Assembly: GCA_017394835.1 (NCBI GenBank)
Contig: JAFPXD010000003.1
Coordinates: 78,221 to 142,220 of the forward strand
Reading direction: 5' to 3'
Length of the DNA: 64,000 nucleotides
Source: Clostridia bacterium
GTDB lineage: Bacteria > Bacillota > Clostridia > Christensenellales > CAG-138
Part shown: positions 52,240 through 62,038 of the stretch, one piece after another
How positions within the stretch are numbered: position 1 is the stretch's first letter
Layout of the letters: each line of letters opens with the position of its first letter
Translations under genes and position numbers: made by a program
Notes under the pieces: generated by a model
Seen by the model: the letters and a program-made list of their open reading frames with translations, nothing else
What the model was told of the DNA's origin: nothing
Database searches by the model: none

Positions 52240-53193
52240 TCAGGCTTCGCCGCCTTCGAAGCGGATCTTCTTGTACTTTTCGATCTCGCTCGGGCTGCCG
52301 AAAACCATGTGGCCGTTGCCTATATCGACCAGCTCTGGCTGCTCGGTGGAATAATCGTGGACGCTCGTATCATAAATGAAGAGCTTCTTGGACTTCTCGA
52401 GCTTGGGATCGGGCACGGGGATAGCGGACATCAAGGACTTCGTATAGGGATGCAGCGGATAATGGAAGAGCTCTTCCGTTTCCGCGATCTCCATTATGCG
52501 GCCCTTGTAGATAACGACAATCCTATCGCTGATGAAGCGGACGATGGAAAGATCGTGCGCTATGAACAGATAGGTCAGGCCCCTCTCCTTCTTGAACCTT
52601 TCGAGAAGATTCAATACCTGCGCACGGATCGAAACGTCCAGCGCGGAGATAGGCTCGTCGGCGATTATGAACTCGGGCTCCATGACGATCGACCTTGCAA
52701 GGCCTACACGCTGGCGCTGACCGCCGGAGAACTCATGGGGATAGCGGGTAAGATGCTCGGGAAGAAGGCCGACTTCCTCGGTGATCTTCTCGATCTTGGC
52801 CATCCTGTCCTTCTCATCCTTGTAAAGATGGAAGTTGTAGAGACCTTCGGAAATTATGTATTCGATCGTGGCGCGCTCGTTAAGGGAGGCCGCGGGATCC
52901 TGGAATATCATCTGGATCTTGCGGATGACCTCCTTATCGTCCTTGCGGGAGAGCTTGCCGGAGATCCTCTTTCCCTTATAGTAGATGGCGCCAGCAGAGC
53001 AGGGGTTGATCCTTATGATGGCGCGGCCGATGGTGGTCTTGCCGGATCCGGACTCGCCTACGAGGGAGAGCGTTTCGCCCTTGTAGATATCAAAGCTTAC
53101 GTTGCTGACAGCCTTGAAAGCCCTCTTGCCTCTGCCGAAGACAACATCGAGATTTTGTATTGAAAGCAATACTTCTTTTTCATTGTTTTCCAT
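52240..53193 (-). CDS. oppF: Peptide (Opp/Dpp-type) ABC transporter ATP-binding protein
   Basis: Walker [10 protein letters not shown], signature FSGGQRQR, Walker [13 protein letters not shown] and the C-terminal oligopeptide-type extension. Confidence 0.88.
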   Translation of the reverse strand: MENNEKEVLLSIQNLDVVFGRGKRAFKAVSNVSFDIYKGETLSLVGESGSGKTTIGRAIIRINPCSAGAIYYKGKRISGKLSRKDDKEVIRKIQMIFQDPAASLNERATIEYIISEGLYNFHLYKDEKDRMAKIEKITEEVGLLPEHLTRYPHEFSGGQRQRVGLARSIVMEPEFIIADEPISALDVSIRAQVLNLLERFKKERGLTYLFIAHDLSIVRFISDRIVVIYKGRIMEIAETEELFHYPLHPYTKSLMSAIPVPDPKLEKSKKLFIYDTSVHDYSTEQPELVDIGNGHMVFGSPSEIEKYKKIRFEGGEA

Positions 53194-53205
53194 AATGCCG
53201 TCTCC

Positions 53206-55008
53206 TTACGCCTTGTATTCCACGTAGCTCTTCTGCATCTTTTCATGCAGATTCTGAATGTTTTCGGGAGTTTCCATCTTGGGAGCCCTCGGATCGAGCA
53301 GCCAGGTCTTCGCATAATGTGTATCGGTGATCTTGAACATGGGAGGTTCCTTCTCAAGATCGATGGCCATGGCGTACTTGTTTCTGGGAGCAAACGCGTC
53401 GCCCTTTATCTTGTTATAGAGGGAAGGCGGCGTGCCGGGAATGGAGAACAGATCCGTACCCTTTTCGCAGAGCTGCGGCAGCGAGGACAGAAGCGCCCAG
53501 GTGTAGGGATGGCGGGGATCGTAGAAAACTTCCTCGACCGTGCCTATCTCGACGATCTGGCCCGCATAGAGAACGGCGACGCGCTCCGCAACGTTCGCAA
53601 CGACGCCGAGGTCGTGCGTGATGTAAACGGTGGTGTAACCGAGCTCCTGCTGCAGATCCTTTATGAGCCTTATGATCTGCGCCTGAATGGTAACGTCAAG
53701 CGCGGTGGTGGGCTCGTCGCAGATGAGTATCTTGGGCTGGCAGGAAAGAGCGATGGCTATAACTATCCTCTGACGCATACCGCCGGAATACTCGAAGGGA
53801 TAATCGTTGAAACGTTCTTCGGGATTGGGGATGCCGACCTTGCCCATTATATCGATGGTGCGGCGCTTCGCTTCGGCCTGAGAGCACTTCTGGTGCTTCA
53901 ATATGACCGTCATGATCTGCTTGCCGATGGTGATAACGGGGTTCAGGGAGGTCATGGGGTCCTGGAATACCGTCGCGATGCGGCGGCCGCGGATCGCCTG
54001 CCAGTCCTTGGTGTATTTGACCTTGGCGCAGTCGATAATAGCGTAGCCGTGAAGCTCTTCCTTCTCCTCATCATAACTGCGGTATTCGACGCGGAACGCG
54101 GCGACCTCGAATATCTTGTTGAGGACTTCGGGATCGTTAAGATCCTCGCCGGTGGCCATAGCGACCTTGAACGCCTTGTTGAGCTTCGAGCGGAACTTCA
54201 TCTGGGTGCTTATGGGGTACCTTTCGATGGAGAGCAGGAGCTCCTTGGCGATCTTCTCATTACGGACGATCACCTCATCGGAGAGCCCGTTGGGATTGGC
54301 GGGATTATCGTGCGCGGCGATCTTGGCATTGCGCTGAGCTTCGAGGTTTTTAAGCTCTTCCCTGTCCTTCAGGGCCTTTTCCTTATTGTTGTTGTAATCG
54401 GCCTTGCGGGAAGCGATGAGCGCTGCCCTTTCCTTCTCGAGAGCTTCACGCTGCTCGTTCAGGGAGGCGACGTCCGCCTTGAGTTTCGCCATCTCGGCGG
54501 CGTCGTCGGCATTGCGCTTATCGAGGGTCTGCATATAGTTGTTCTTATCGACGGCATTGTCGGTAAGCTGCTTGATCCTTGCGGCGTAATCGGCTTCCTC
54601 ATCCTCGCTTAAGGACTGGGCCGCCTCGATCTCCTTCTTCTTTGCGAGGATCTGCCTGTACTCTTCCGCACCGCGCTCGAGAACGGAGTTCTTATTGAGC
54701 ATATCGGTGAGGTTCTTCAAGCTCCTCTTATTTGCCGGAGTGAGCTTGACGGTGGTTTCGGAGATCTCGTCATCGGAGAATATGATGGAGCCGTTGGAAA
54801 TGAAGCCGTTGGTCTCGAGCATGCCGGCGAAGGTCTTGGTAAGAACGGATTTGCCGGAGCCGGACTCGCCGACTATCGCGAGGGATTCATTCTCGTAAAT
54901 ATCGAGCGAAACGCGGCGGATAGCGGTCAGGATACGGCCGCGGACGTTGAACTTGACTTCAACATCCTTAAGGGACAGCAGGACTTTTCTTTCTTTGTTG
55001 TTTTCCAT
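53206..55008 (-). CDS. oppD: Peptide ABC transporter ATP-binding protein with a coiled-coil-rich insertion of about 240 aa
   Basis: Walker A GESGSGKSV, then a long Lys/Glu/Ala-rich insert before VFQDPMTSLNP. Signature YSGGMRQR and Walker B ILICDEPTTALD. 600 aa, against about 330 for canonical OppD. Confidence 0.85.
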   Translation of the reverse strand: MENNKERKVLLSLKDVEVKFNVRGRILTAIRRVSLDIYENESLAIVGESGSGKSVLTKTFAGMLETNGFISNGSIIFSDDEISETTVKLTPANKRSLKNLTDMLNKNSVLERGAEEYRQILAKKKEIEAAQSLSEDEEADYAARIKQLTDNAVDKNNYMQTLDKRNADDAAEMAKLKADVASLNEQREALEKERAALIASRKADYNNNKEKALKDREELKNLEAQRNAKIAAHDNPANPNGLSDEVIVRNEKIAKELLLSIERYPISTQMKFRSKLNKAFKVAMATGEDLNDPEVLNKIFEVAAFRVEYRSYDEEKEELHGYAIIDCAKVKYTKDWQAIRGRRIATVFQDPMTSLNPVITIGKQIMTVILKHQKCSQAEAKRRTIDIMGKVGIPNPEERFNDYPFEYSGGMRQRIVIAIALSCQPKILICDEPTTALDVTIQAQIIRLIKDLQQELGYTTVYITHDLGVVANVAERVAVLYAGQIVEIGTVEEVFYDPRHPYTWALLSSLPQLCEKGTDLFSIPGTPPSLYNKIKGDAFAPRNKYAMAIDLEKEPPMFKITDTHYAKTWLLDPRAPKMETPENIQNLHEKMQKSYVEYKA

Positions 55009-55023
55009 GTTGCCGCCTCCTTA

Positions 55024-56001
55024 TTACATGTGGGTCTTGGGATCCGTAGCGTCCGCAAGGCTCTGACCGAGCAGGTAAAGAATGATGGTCAGAAGGGATG
55101 CGTAAGCCACGGGAGGCCAGAACTCCCAGGGGTAGGTGATGAACGCCGTCTGCGCGTCGGAGATCATACGGCCGAGGGTCGGGATCTTCGCGCTCATACC
55201 GAGACCGATGAACGCCATGTAGGTATCCAAGCTGATGTAGGAGGGGACCTCGGTGGCGAGCAGGGTGACTATAACGGAGGTCAGGAACGGGAGGATGTTC
55301 TTGGAAACGATCCTTCCGACGGGAGTGCCCAGGCACTTGGATGCGAGGGAATACTCACGGTCGCGGATGATCATTACCTGCGTCCTGAAGAAGAACGCAA
55401 CGCCTATCCACTGGGTAACGGTCATAGCGAAAACCATCGACCAGAAGCCCGCGCCGACTATGTAGATAAGAACGGCTACGAGGAGGATGTAAGGAACATT
55501 CGCTACGATGTTGTAGATGGGGATCAATATCGCGTCGAGCCTCTTTGAGAAGCCCCAAACGGCGCCGACGATGATGCCCAAGGTCATGTTGACGAGCGAA
55601 CACATTATGGCGAGGAAGAGCGAGGTCCTGGCGCCTGCGAAAATGTTGTACATGATCGAGTTGCCGGAAGGACCGGAGCCCAACAGCCATTTGAAGGAGT
55701 GGCCGAAACTCGCCATGGCCTTTGCGGGACTCAGGTTATAGGTGGTCGCATCCGTTATGTTCTCATAGGGATCGTATTTGCAGATCATCGGCACGAATAT
55801 CGCGGAGGTGATCATGAGTACGAACAGGGCTATGAGGAGGATGTTTCCCTTATGCTTGAAGAATACACGGAAAACGGACTTCCAATAGGAATACCTGGGG
55901 GCGATGATCTTCTCGGAGGCTATGGCGTCGTTGCCGACCACGTTGAAGTTCATCTCTTCGAGCTCTTCGGTATTGTTTACATTTACTCTTTCGTCGTTCA
56001 T
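55024..56001 (-). CDS. oppC: Peptide ABC transporter permease
   Basis: 325 aa with 6 TM helices. The EAA-like loop region LASKCLGTPVGRIVSKNILP is present. Confidence 0.85.
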   Translation of the reverse strand: MNDERVNVNNTEELEEMNFNVVGNDAIASEKIIAPRYSYWKSVFRVFFKHKGNILLIALFVLMITSAIFVPMICKYDPYENITDATTYNLSPAKAMASFGHSFKWLLGSGPSGNSIMYNIFAGARTSLFLAIMCSLVNMTLGIIVGAVWGFSKRLDAILIPIYNIVANVPYILLVAVLIYIVGAGFWSMVFAMTVTQWIGVAFFFRTQVMIIRDREYSLASKCLGTPVGRIVSKNILPFLTSVIVTLLATEVPSYISLDTYMAFIGLGMSAKIPTLGRMISDAQTAFITYPWEFWPPVAYASLLTIILYLLGQSLADATDPKTHM

Positions 56002-57584
56002 TACTTTCTACCTCCGCCGCTTTCTGTGCTAAGGGAAATACGCGGGTCGTAGGCTGCGAGCAGCAGGTCGCCCAGAATGAGGCCCAGAATACTTATAGCG
56101 GTAATAATGAGCGTCATTGCGACGATGACCGAGTTATCGTGCTTGCTGATAGCTTCGATAAGCAGGCCGCCTACGCCGGGAACAGAGTAAACACGCTCGG
56201 TCATAAGAGCGCCGGTCAAGCAGAAGAGGATGCTCGAGGGGATGCCCTGTACGAGATAGATGAGAGCGTTCCTGGAGATGTGGATGTTGTAGATCTCCTT
56301 CTCGGACATACCCTCCGCCCTCGCAAACTTGACGTAGTCGGAGTTCATCTGGTCGATCATGTAGCGCCTTGTCCACTTCATAAGGGAACCGATGGAGCCC
56401 AGCGAGAGCGAAATGGTGGGCAGGATATATGCGAGTATCTTGACCTCCGCGCTCGCGAACTTGTAAGGCAGCTTCAGTATCCTTGTACCGAACGCCGCTA
56501 CAAGGAATATGTAAGCGAGCGAAGGTACCGCCGCAACGAATACGATGTACGCGTTGCCGATCTTATCGAATATGCCGTCCTTATGGCGGGCCATCGCGAT
56601 ACCTATCGAAACGCCCAGACCGTAGGCCAGGAATACGGAGATAAGACCTATAACGAAGGAGTTTTCGAGGCGGGTCAGACCCGATCTGTTGTAGGAATAG
56701 ACAGTGTAATTGTCGTTGAACATTTCCCTGTCATGATCGGTGATGATGCCCGAAGCGTTATAGGTGAGCGAATGGAAATCGATGGCCGTTTTCTCGTACT
56801 TATCGGTGCCGAGCGCAGTCGGATACTGCTGCATCGTTTCCTTAATATCGCCCGTCGGCGTGGTTATAACGTCTGTGATCTCCTGGCCCCTGTATGTGGT
56901 GTACGAGGTGCCGAGGTTGAAATGCATCCAATTCTGATGGATGAACGGGAAGCGCCCGTCGAAATAGAGCTGGTACTTATGCTGAGTGCCGGAACCCACT
57001 ATTGCGAACAAGCCGGAATAGGGGTCCTTTTCCACCTTGATGTAGCGTTCGGTCAGATTCTCATCCTTCACCTGATTCTTGTTCTCGAAGGAGATGATGT
57101 GGGTAAAATAGTCCCACAGACGAGAAAACACGCTCCTTTCGTGAACGGCAATAAGGTAAGGGGTCCCGCCGGGCTTTAACCTGCCGTTCTTATATGTTTT
57201 CGGCTCCATATAGACGATGTCATCGCCCTTGTATTTTTCTTTGAATTCCTGAACGCTGGCATTCTCAAGAGCCTTCTCTGCATTCTGGATAGCGTCGCGA
57301 TCGGCTTTGTAATCATCATGATTGGCATAGTCGTCGCCATATAATGCTTGATACTTCTCCTTCAGGAAGCTGCCGTAATCGACGTACGTCAGATAACCGT
57401 ATTTTTGATACTGGTTATACTCGTACAATTTTTGATCGTTCTCGCTCTTCTTATTCCACATATCATCCGACTGGAATATGACGTCCCTGTGGATGAAGGT
57501 ATAGATAAGAAGCATGACGACAGCGATAACTATTATCAGCGAGAAGATGGAGAAGAGTATGCGTTTAAGCAAGTATTTACTCAT
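56001..57584 (-). CDS. oppB: Peptide ABC transporter permease with an enlarged extracytoplasmic loop after TM1
   Basis: N-terminus MSKYLLKRILFSIFSLIIVIAVVMLL is typical of OppB, and the EAA loop FARAEGMSEKEIYNIHISRNAL is present. About 275 aa lie between TM1 and TM2. 527 aa, against about 310. Confidence 0.85.
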   Translation of the reverse strand: MSKYLLKRILFSIFSLIIVIAVVMLLIYTFIHRDVIFQSDDMWNKKSENDQKLYEYNQYQKYGYLTYVDYGSFLKEKYQALYGDDYANHDDYKADRDAIQNAEKALENASVQEFKEKYKGDDIVYMEPKTYKNGRLKPGGTPYLIAVHERSVFSRLWDYFTHIISFENKNQVKDENLTERYIKVEKDPYSGLFAIVGSGTQHKYQLYFDGRFPFIHQNWMHFNLGTSYTTYRGQEITDVITTPTGDIKETMQQYPTALGTDKYEKTAIDFHSLTYNASGIITDHDREMFNDNYTVYSYNRSGLTRLENSFVIGLISVFLAYGLGVSIGIAMARHKDGIFDKIGNAYIVFVAAVPSLAYIFLVAAFGTRILKLPYKFASAEVKILAYILPTISLSLGSIGSLMKWTRRYMIDQMNSDYVKFARAEGMSEKEIYNIHISRNALIYLVQGIPSSILFCLTGALMTERVYSVPGVGGLLIEAISKHDNSVIVAMTLIITAISILGLILGDLLLAAYDPRISLSTESGGGRK

Positions 57585-57754
57585 ATTAGTATCCGTATGA
57601 GTACGGCTTCAAGCCGTAATCTCCCTCTCATTTAGGATTTGGTACCGCGGGCAGACGCCCGGGGCGAAAGGACAGCGGCGGAAGCGTTTCCGCCATAACA
57701 GATCGGGTGAAATGAGCCTTCGGCAGAGCCGAAAAAGCCATTAATCTAAAATGT

Positions 57755-57782
57755 GCATATAGGGGGTTGCCCCCCTATATGC
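57755..57782 (-). terminator. Intercistronic hairpin / partial terminator between oppA and oppB
   Basis: GCATATAGGGGG-(loop)-CCCCCTATATGC, followed on the minus strand by a weak U tract. Confidence 0.5.
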
Positions 57783-57816
57783 ATAAGGTTCAAAGCTGAT
57801 CTGGAAAGTTCGTGAA

Positions 57817-59997
57817 TTAGAACAGACCGATAACCTTGGTCATGTAGCCGGCACCGAGACCGAGGAAGGTATCCAGGTAGGTGCAGGGATCACCGAAGTC
57901 GGGACCCCAACCGGAGCCGTAGAACATATCGAAGTTGCCGGCAAGACCGCTGCGAGCGCGGTAACCGCAGGCGTAGAAGTCTTCCTCAACGGTGGCCTCA
58001 ACGAGGTTGACTACAACATTCTCAGCACCGAGGCAATCCTCGATGATCTTCTTGTAAGCCTGAGCCTGGTTGGTGTTGGCAGCAGAGGGAGAATAGTAAA
58101 CAACGTCGATGGTGACAGGCCAATTGACCGCATCACCGAGCTCGGCCTTGGCGGCCTCGAGGCACTTCTTGGCCTCTTCGGGGAAATACCAGCCGTTTAC
58201 GCCGTCATGTACGTCGATGGGCATGCCGAGCTTCTCGCAGTAGTACTGGACCATGTCGCCATAGAAGGTACCGGCGGGGAACTCATGGCCATCCTCATCG
58301 GTGGTAGCATTCTCGAGCTTTACGAACTGAGGATGGGTGTACATGTTGCGGAGGGAGGTGAGCTTCAGGTCTTCGCCGCGGGAAACCGCATTGTAGGTAC
58401 CCTTATCGAAGGAGTACTGCAGAGCGAGACGGAAGTTCCTGTTCAGGAGAGCGAGCTGGGTGTCGATCTTCTGATCATCGGTCTTGGGGGAGGCGCAGGC
58501 GCCGCTCTCAAGAGCGTAGGTACCGCGGTTGACGTTCAGACCGCCGAAGTAGGTGGTCGAAGTGGTGTCGGAGATGTAGCCGTACTTCTCGAAGTTACCG
58601 TCGGCCTTTGCCATATCGAGGATACCGGTGGAGGCGGTAAGAGCACAGCCGGCATAGATGCCGTTGCAAACGTCGGTGTAGAAGGCAGTGGGGTTGGAAC
58701 CGTCGTCGAAGATCCACTTGACCTGCTCAAGGTTGACCTTGTCAGCATTGTAGTAGTTGGGGTTCTTGACGATGAGGATCTCGGAGGACTTCTCGAGCTT
58801 CCTTACGAGGAAGGGTCCGCAATAGACCTGAGAAGCGACGTCGTCCTGCTTACCGAAGGTGTAGGTGTTGGTATCGGCGGAAGCAGCCTGATACTCGGCA
58901 ATGCCGTAAACACCGCCATGGGACTGATAGAAGGAGTCACACATGGGAAGGAAGCAGGAGTAGGTGAGCATGGTGAGGAAGTAGGAGGTGGGCTGCTCAA
59001 GGGTGATCTCGAGGGTATGCTCGTCAATGGCCTTGTAACCAACGTCATCGAAGGAACCGCCCTTGGTCAGGTACTCGGTAGCGCCCTTAACAACGCCCTC
59101 AACGAGCCACTCAAGACCTGCAGCGGCGTCGAGCATGTGATGGAAACCGGCAACGAAGTCGTTAGCGGTTACAGGAGCGAACTCCTTACCCTCGGAGGTG
59201 TACCACTTCGCATCCTGACGGATCTTGAAGGTGTAGGTCAGACCGCCGTTGGTGGGCTCGGGGATAGCTTCGGCAAGAGCGGGCTGCATGGTGCCGAGGT
59301 TGTCGTACTGAACGAGACCGTCAACGCAGTTAACGGTGATCTCGGTATCGGACTGGGAAGAGGTGTTCAGCCAGTCAAGGGTTACGGGAGCGGTGGAGAA
59401 GGTCAGGGTGTAGTCGTTCCTGAGGGTGTGGCCCTGAGAAGTAAGGTAAGCGGCGGGATCATAAGCGCCTTCGCCGGCAACAGCCTTGTTCCACAGCTCA
59501 ACGAGAGCGTCGCGCTCTTCGGTCTTGATGAACTCATTCGCAATTACGAGGCCGAAAACACGGTCATCGTCATTGCCCCAGTTGACGTAAGGAACAGTCC
59601 TGTAGGCAATGCGGCTGATCTGATAGGCGCCGCCCTGGGTGGTGGTGGGGATCATAACGCCGGAATTGAGAAGATAAGCCTCAGCCTGAGCATAGAGGAC
59701 GAAGCGCTGATCGATGGTCTCGGCGTTCTTCGCCTTATCCATCATAGCTTCGTAATCGCCGAGGACGAGCTCATAGATGGCTTCGTCATCGCCGCGTACC
59801 CAAGAATCGGGACGGACAACGGGCTCGGGTTCGGGAGTGGGCTCCTCTTCGGGGGGCTGGGTCTGATCGCCGCTGTTCTCGGTGGGAGTAGTGGCTTCAG
59901 TGGGGTTGGTGGGGTTGTCGGGGTTGGCGGGGGTCTTGCAGCCTACAAGAGCGACAGCCATCAGGACAACGAGAAGCATTGCGAGAAATCTCTTCAT
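57817..59997 (-). CDS. oppA: Peptide ABC transporter substrate-binding lipoprotein (SBP family 5)
   Basis: Start at 59997 after AGGAGG. Lipobox LVGC, a Pro/Thr/Glu-rich linker and a family 5 SBP body of about 650 aa. The 601-aa plus-strand ORF is a shadow ORF. Confidence 0.85.
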   Translation of the reverse strand: MKRFLAMLLVVLMAVALVGCKTPANPDNPTNPTEATTPTENSGDQTQPPEEEPTPEPEPVVRPDSWVRGDDEAIYELVLGDYEAMMDKAKNAETIDQRFVLYAQAEAYLLNSGVMIPTTTQGGAYQISRIAYRTVPYVNWGNDDDRVFGLVIANEFIKTEERDALVELWNKAVAGEGAYDPAAYLTSQGHTLRNDYTLTFSTAPVTLDWLNTSSQSDTEITVNCVDGLVQYDNLGTMQPALAEAIPEPTNGGLTYTFKIRQDAKWYTSEGKEFAPVTANDFVAGFHHMLDAAAGLEWLVEGVVKGATEYLTKGGSFDDVGYKAIDEHTLEITLEQPTSYFLTMLTYSCFLPMCDSFYQSHGGVYGIAEYQAASADTNTYTFGKQDDVASQVYCGPFLVRKLEKSSEILIVKNPNYYNADKVNLEQVKWIFDDGSNPTAFYTDVCNGIYAGCALTASTGILDMAKADGNFEKYGYISDTTSTTYFGGLNVNRGTYALESGACASPKTDDQKIDTQLALLNRNFRLALQYSFDKGTYNAVSRGEDLKLTSLRNMYTHPQFVKLENATTDEDGHEFPAGTFYGDMVQYYCEKLGMPIDVHDGVNGWYFPEEAKKCLEAAKAELGDAVNWPVTIDVVYYSPSAANTNQAQAYKKIIEDCLGAENVVVNLVEATVEEDFYACGYRARSGLAGNFDMFYGSGWGPDFGDPCTYLDTFLGLGAGYMTKVIGLF

Positions 59998-60082
59998 GAT
60001 TTTTCCTCCTAAAATATTTATTGCTCCGATCACGGGAACGCCCTAAAGAGCATACCCATACCATTGCAATATTGTATAGCTT

Positions 60083-60111
60083 ATTATATCGTTTCCGTTT
60101 CGGAAATGCAA
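60083..60111 (-). promoter_or_regulatory. Sigma-A type promoter of the opp operon
   Basis: On the minus strand: TTGCAT (60111-60106), 17-nt spacer, TATAAT (60088-60083). Confidence 0.5.
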
Positions 60112-60285
60112 TACCTTTTACGCAAATGTGACAGGATATTGTTTAATTAACCTGCGTCCCCACTGTGTTATGTAAATTTTCCAACAAAATCGCTTTCAAA
60201 AACCCACGATAGACGGTCGGGCTTCCTATTATATACTTTACTGCACAAGGCGCGAAACGCGTATTTTATTTTTCATGCGGCTCCT

Positions 60286-60328
60286 TCAAAAAAGGCATTT
60301 GCCGCCCGTGTGAAAGCGCGGACGGCAA
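60286..60328 (-). terminator. Intrinsic terminator after cotJC
   Basis: On the minus strand: TTGCCGTCCGCG-CTTTCACA-CGGGCGGCAA followed by ATGCCTTTTTT. Confidence 0.7.
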
Positions 60329-60373
60329 AATATATTTTACCCGGAAGGGGTCTCCCCCTCTCCCGCTTCATCT

Positions 60374-60997
60374 TCAGCGATCTATGTCAACGGGCGCCGC
60401 GCCCGGGAAGCGCATCATCGCTCCCGGCCTTCTCATTCCGTCGGGATAGAGCTCCTTCAGGATGTTCATGCACTCGGAGAAGCGCTGGAAGTGCACTATC
60501 TCGCGCTCACGCAGGAAGCGGAGCGGCGCAAGGTACTGTTCGTTTTCCGTCTGATCCATTATGTGTTCGTAGGTCGCGCGGGCCTTCTGCTCGGCGGCGA
60601 GATCCTCGAATATGTCGGCAAAGGGGTCGCCCGTCGCCTGGATATAGCTCGCGGTGAAGGGCACGCCGTTGGGATCCGCGGGATAGACCGCCCTGCCGTG
60701 CATGGTGTAATAGCCGGCAAGCCCTGCGGCCTCTATTTCGGCGAGGCTCGCGCCGCAGACCGTCTGATGGATCATGGTACCGATCATCTCCCAATGGGCG
60801 ATCTCCTCCGTACCTATATCGTTCAGCGTGGCGCGGAGGCGGTCGTCGGGCATGGAGAAACGCTGGGTGAGATAGCGCATGCCCGCGCTGAGTTCGCTGT
60901 CCGGCCCGCCGTACTGAGCCATGAGCGCTTTTGCGACGTTGAGATCGGGCGTTGTGATGTTGATGGGGAACTCAAGCTTTTTCTGATAGATCCACAT
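60374..60997 (-). CDS. cotJC: Manganese-catalase-family spore coat protein CotJC
   Basis: MWIYQKKLEFPINI..., GGPDSELSAGMRYLTQR and EEIAHWEMIG di-metal ferritin-like motifs. Follows cotJA and cotJB. Confidence 0.88.
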   Translation of the reverse strand: MWIYQKKLEFPINITTPDLNVAKALMAQYGGPDSELSAGMRYLTQRFSMPDDRLRATLNDIGTEEIAHWEMIGTMIHQTVCGASLAEIEAAGLAGYYTMHGRAVYPADPNGVPFTASYIQATGDPFADIFEDLAAEQKARATYEHIMDQTENEQYLAPLRFLREREIVHFQRFSECMNILKELYPDGMRRPGAMMRFPGAAPVDIDR

Positions 60998-61009
60998 ATT
61001 CCTTCCTCC

Positions 61010-61255
61010 TTACGCTTTTTCCCAGGGCCAAACGGAATTGACCCAGCAGCCCTTATCCGTGGGCGAGTGTCCGAACCCCAGCAGGGGGCCGTACTGCGAC
61101 TCGTAATCCGCGATGAGCTCGGTCAGGAGCCCGGAATACGCAAGCATATCCGCGCGGGCGTCCTCGTCCGCGGGATGGGTATCGAGATACAGATTGAGCT
61201 CGACGCAGACGAACTGCACCTCGGAGATCCTGTTCAAAAGTTCATTTTCCGTCAT
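61010..61255 (-). CDS. cotJB: Spore coat protein CotJB
   Basis: 81 aa. EVQFVCVELNLYLDTHPADEDA is the CotJB signature. The start is chosen at MTENELL; 61270 is an alternative. Confidence 0.8.
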   Translation of the reverse strand: MTENELLNRISEVQFVCVELNLYLDTHPADEDARADMLAYSGLLTELIADYESQYGPLLGFGHSPTDKGCWVNSVWPWEKA

Positions 61256-61259
61256 ACCG

Positions 61260-61490
61260 TCAACTCCCATACTTGTTGTAAAGCTCGGGGAACATAGTGC
61301 CCCTCTCGAGCGCCGTGCCCGGGCAGTACCCGGACGTATAGATCTGATCGGCGGCGTTGAGCTTGGGAAGGCTCTGAGCCGCCGTCTCATAACCGCATAT
61401 ACCGAGCTGACCGGAGACGTCCCCCGCGGGAAGAGTCGCGGGAGTATCGCCGTTCATTCCGCTGATGCGGCACATACTGCATGTCAACAT
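61260..61490 (-). CDS. cotJA: Spore coat-associated protein CotJA
   Basis: 76 aa with C-terminal ALERGTMFPELYNKY, typical of CotJA. AAGGAGG RBS upstream. First gene of cotJABC. Confidence 0.7.
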   Translation of the reverse strand: MLTCSMCRISGMNGDTPATLPAGDVSGQLGICGYETAAQSLPKLNAADQIYTSGYCPGTALERGTMFPELYNKYGS

Positions 61491-62038
61491 GTTTTCAAAA
61501 CCTCCTTATTGGTTTGATACATACTATGAAAAAAAGCGTGATGCTGTGAGAGCGTCATACGGTCGTACGAGGCTTGTCCCCCACGCTTCGTACAGTCGTA
61601 TGACTGACGCCATGCGGCGCTCGGCGGATCCCCAAAAAAGCTCGCCCGTTTTTCATGATCATCGTACGAACGTATGAAACACCTGCCGAATAGCCGCCGC
61701 GCGGCCCGCGCATACTTGAAATCGTATTATTATATTAGGAAAGGATGCTTGAAACCGAAATGAACGACAGAAATATCCCCGATCCTTCCGCGGGTTCTTT
61801 TTGCGGCAGGCCCGCCCATGAAAAGGAGATCCGCAGAAGGGAGCCCTCCCCAATGGGGAGCGCTCGTCCGAACCCCGCCGCGGCCGAATCGCCCGGAGCC
61901 GAAAATATACTTTAATAATAGGAAAAACCGTCTTGTTTCGAGCCCTTCTGTGGTTTATAATTAGGGGTGATATAGGCCATAATGGTCATCTATGGGCATT
62001 ATGGTAAAAACACTTATATTATTTTCACAGGAGGATAA

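Noticed and set aside
58207-60012. 601-aa plus-strand ORF
   Set aside because: It lies antisense to the oppA lipoprotein gene and has Gly/Val-rich shadow-frame composition.
61491-61620. Sigma-E/sigma-K sporulation promoter upstream of cotJA
   Set aside because: Sequences such as CATACG and an imperfect inverted repeat (GTCATACGGTCGTACG...CGTACAGTCGTATGAC) are present. I could not align a convincing -35/-10 pair with correct spacing to the sporulation sigma consensus, so this is not reported as a feature.
61745-61915. 56-aa plus-strand small ORF (MLETEMNDRNIPDPSAGSFCGRPAHEKEIRRREPSPMGSARPNPAAAESPGAENIL) in the cotJ-PFOR intergenic region
   Set aside because: The Shine-Dalgarno spacing is poor (the purine tract abuts the ATG). 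The composition is Pro/Ala/Glu/Arg-rich and disordered, and an equally long ORF exists on the opposite strand. It is most likely non-coding promoter or leader DNA for PFOR.
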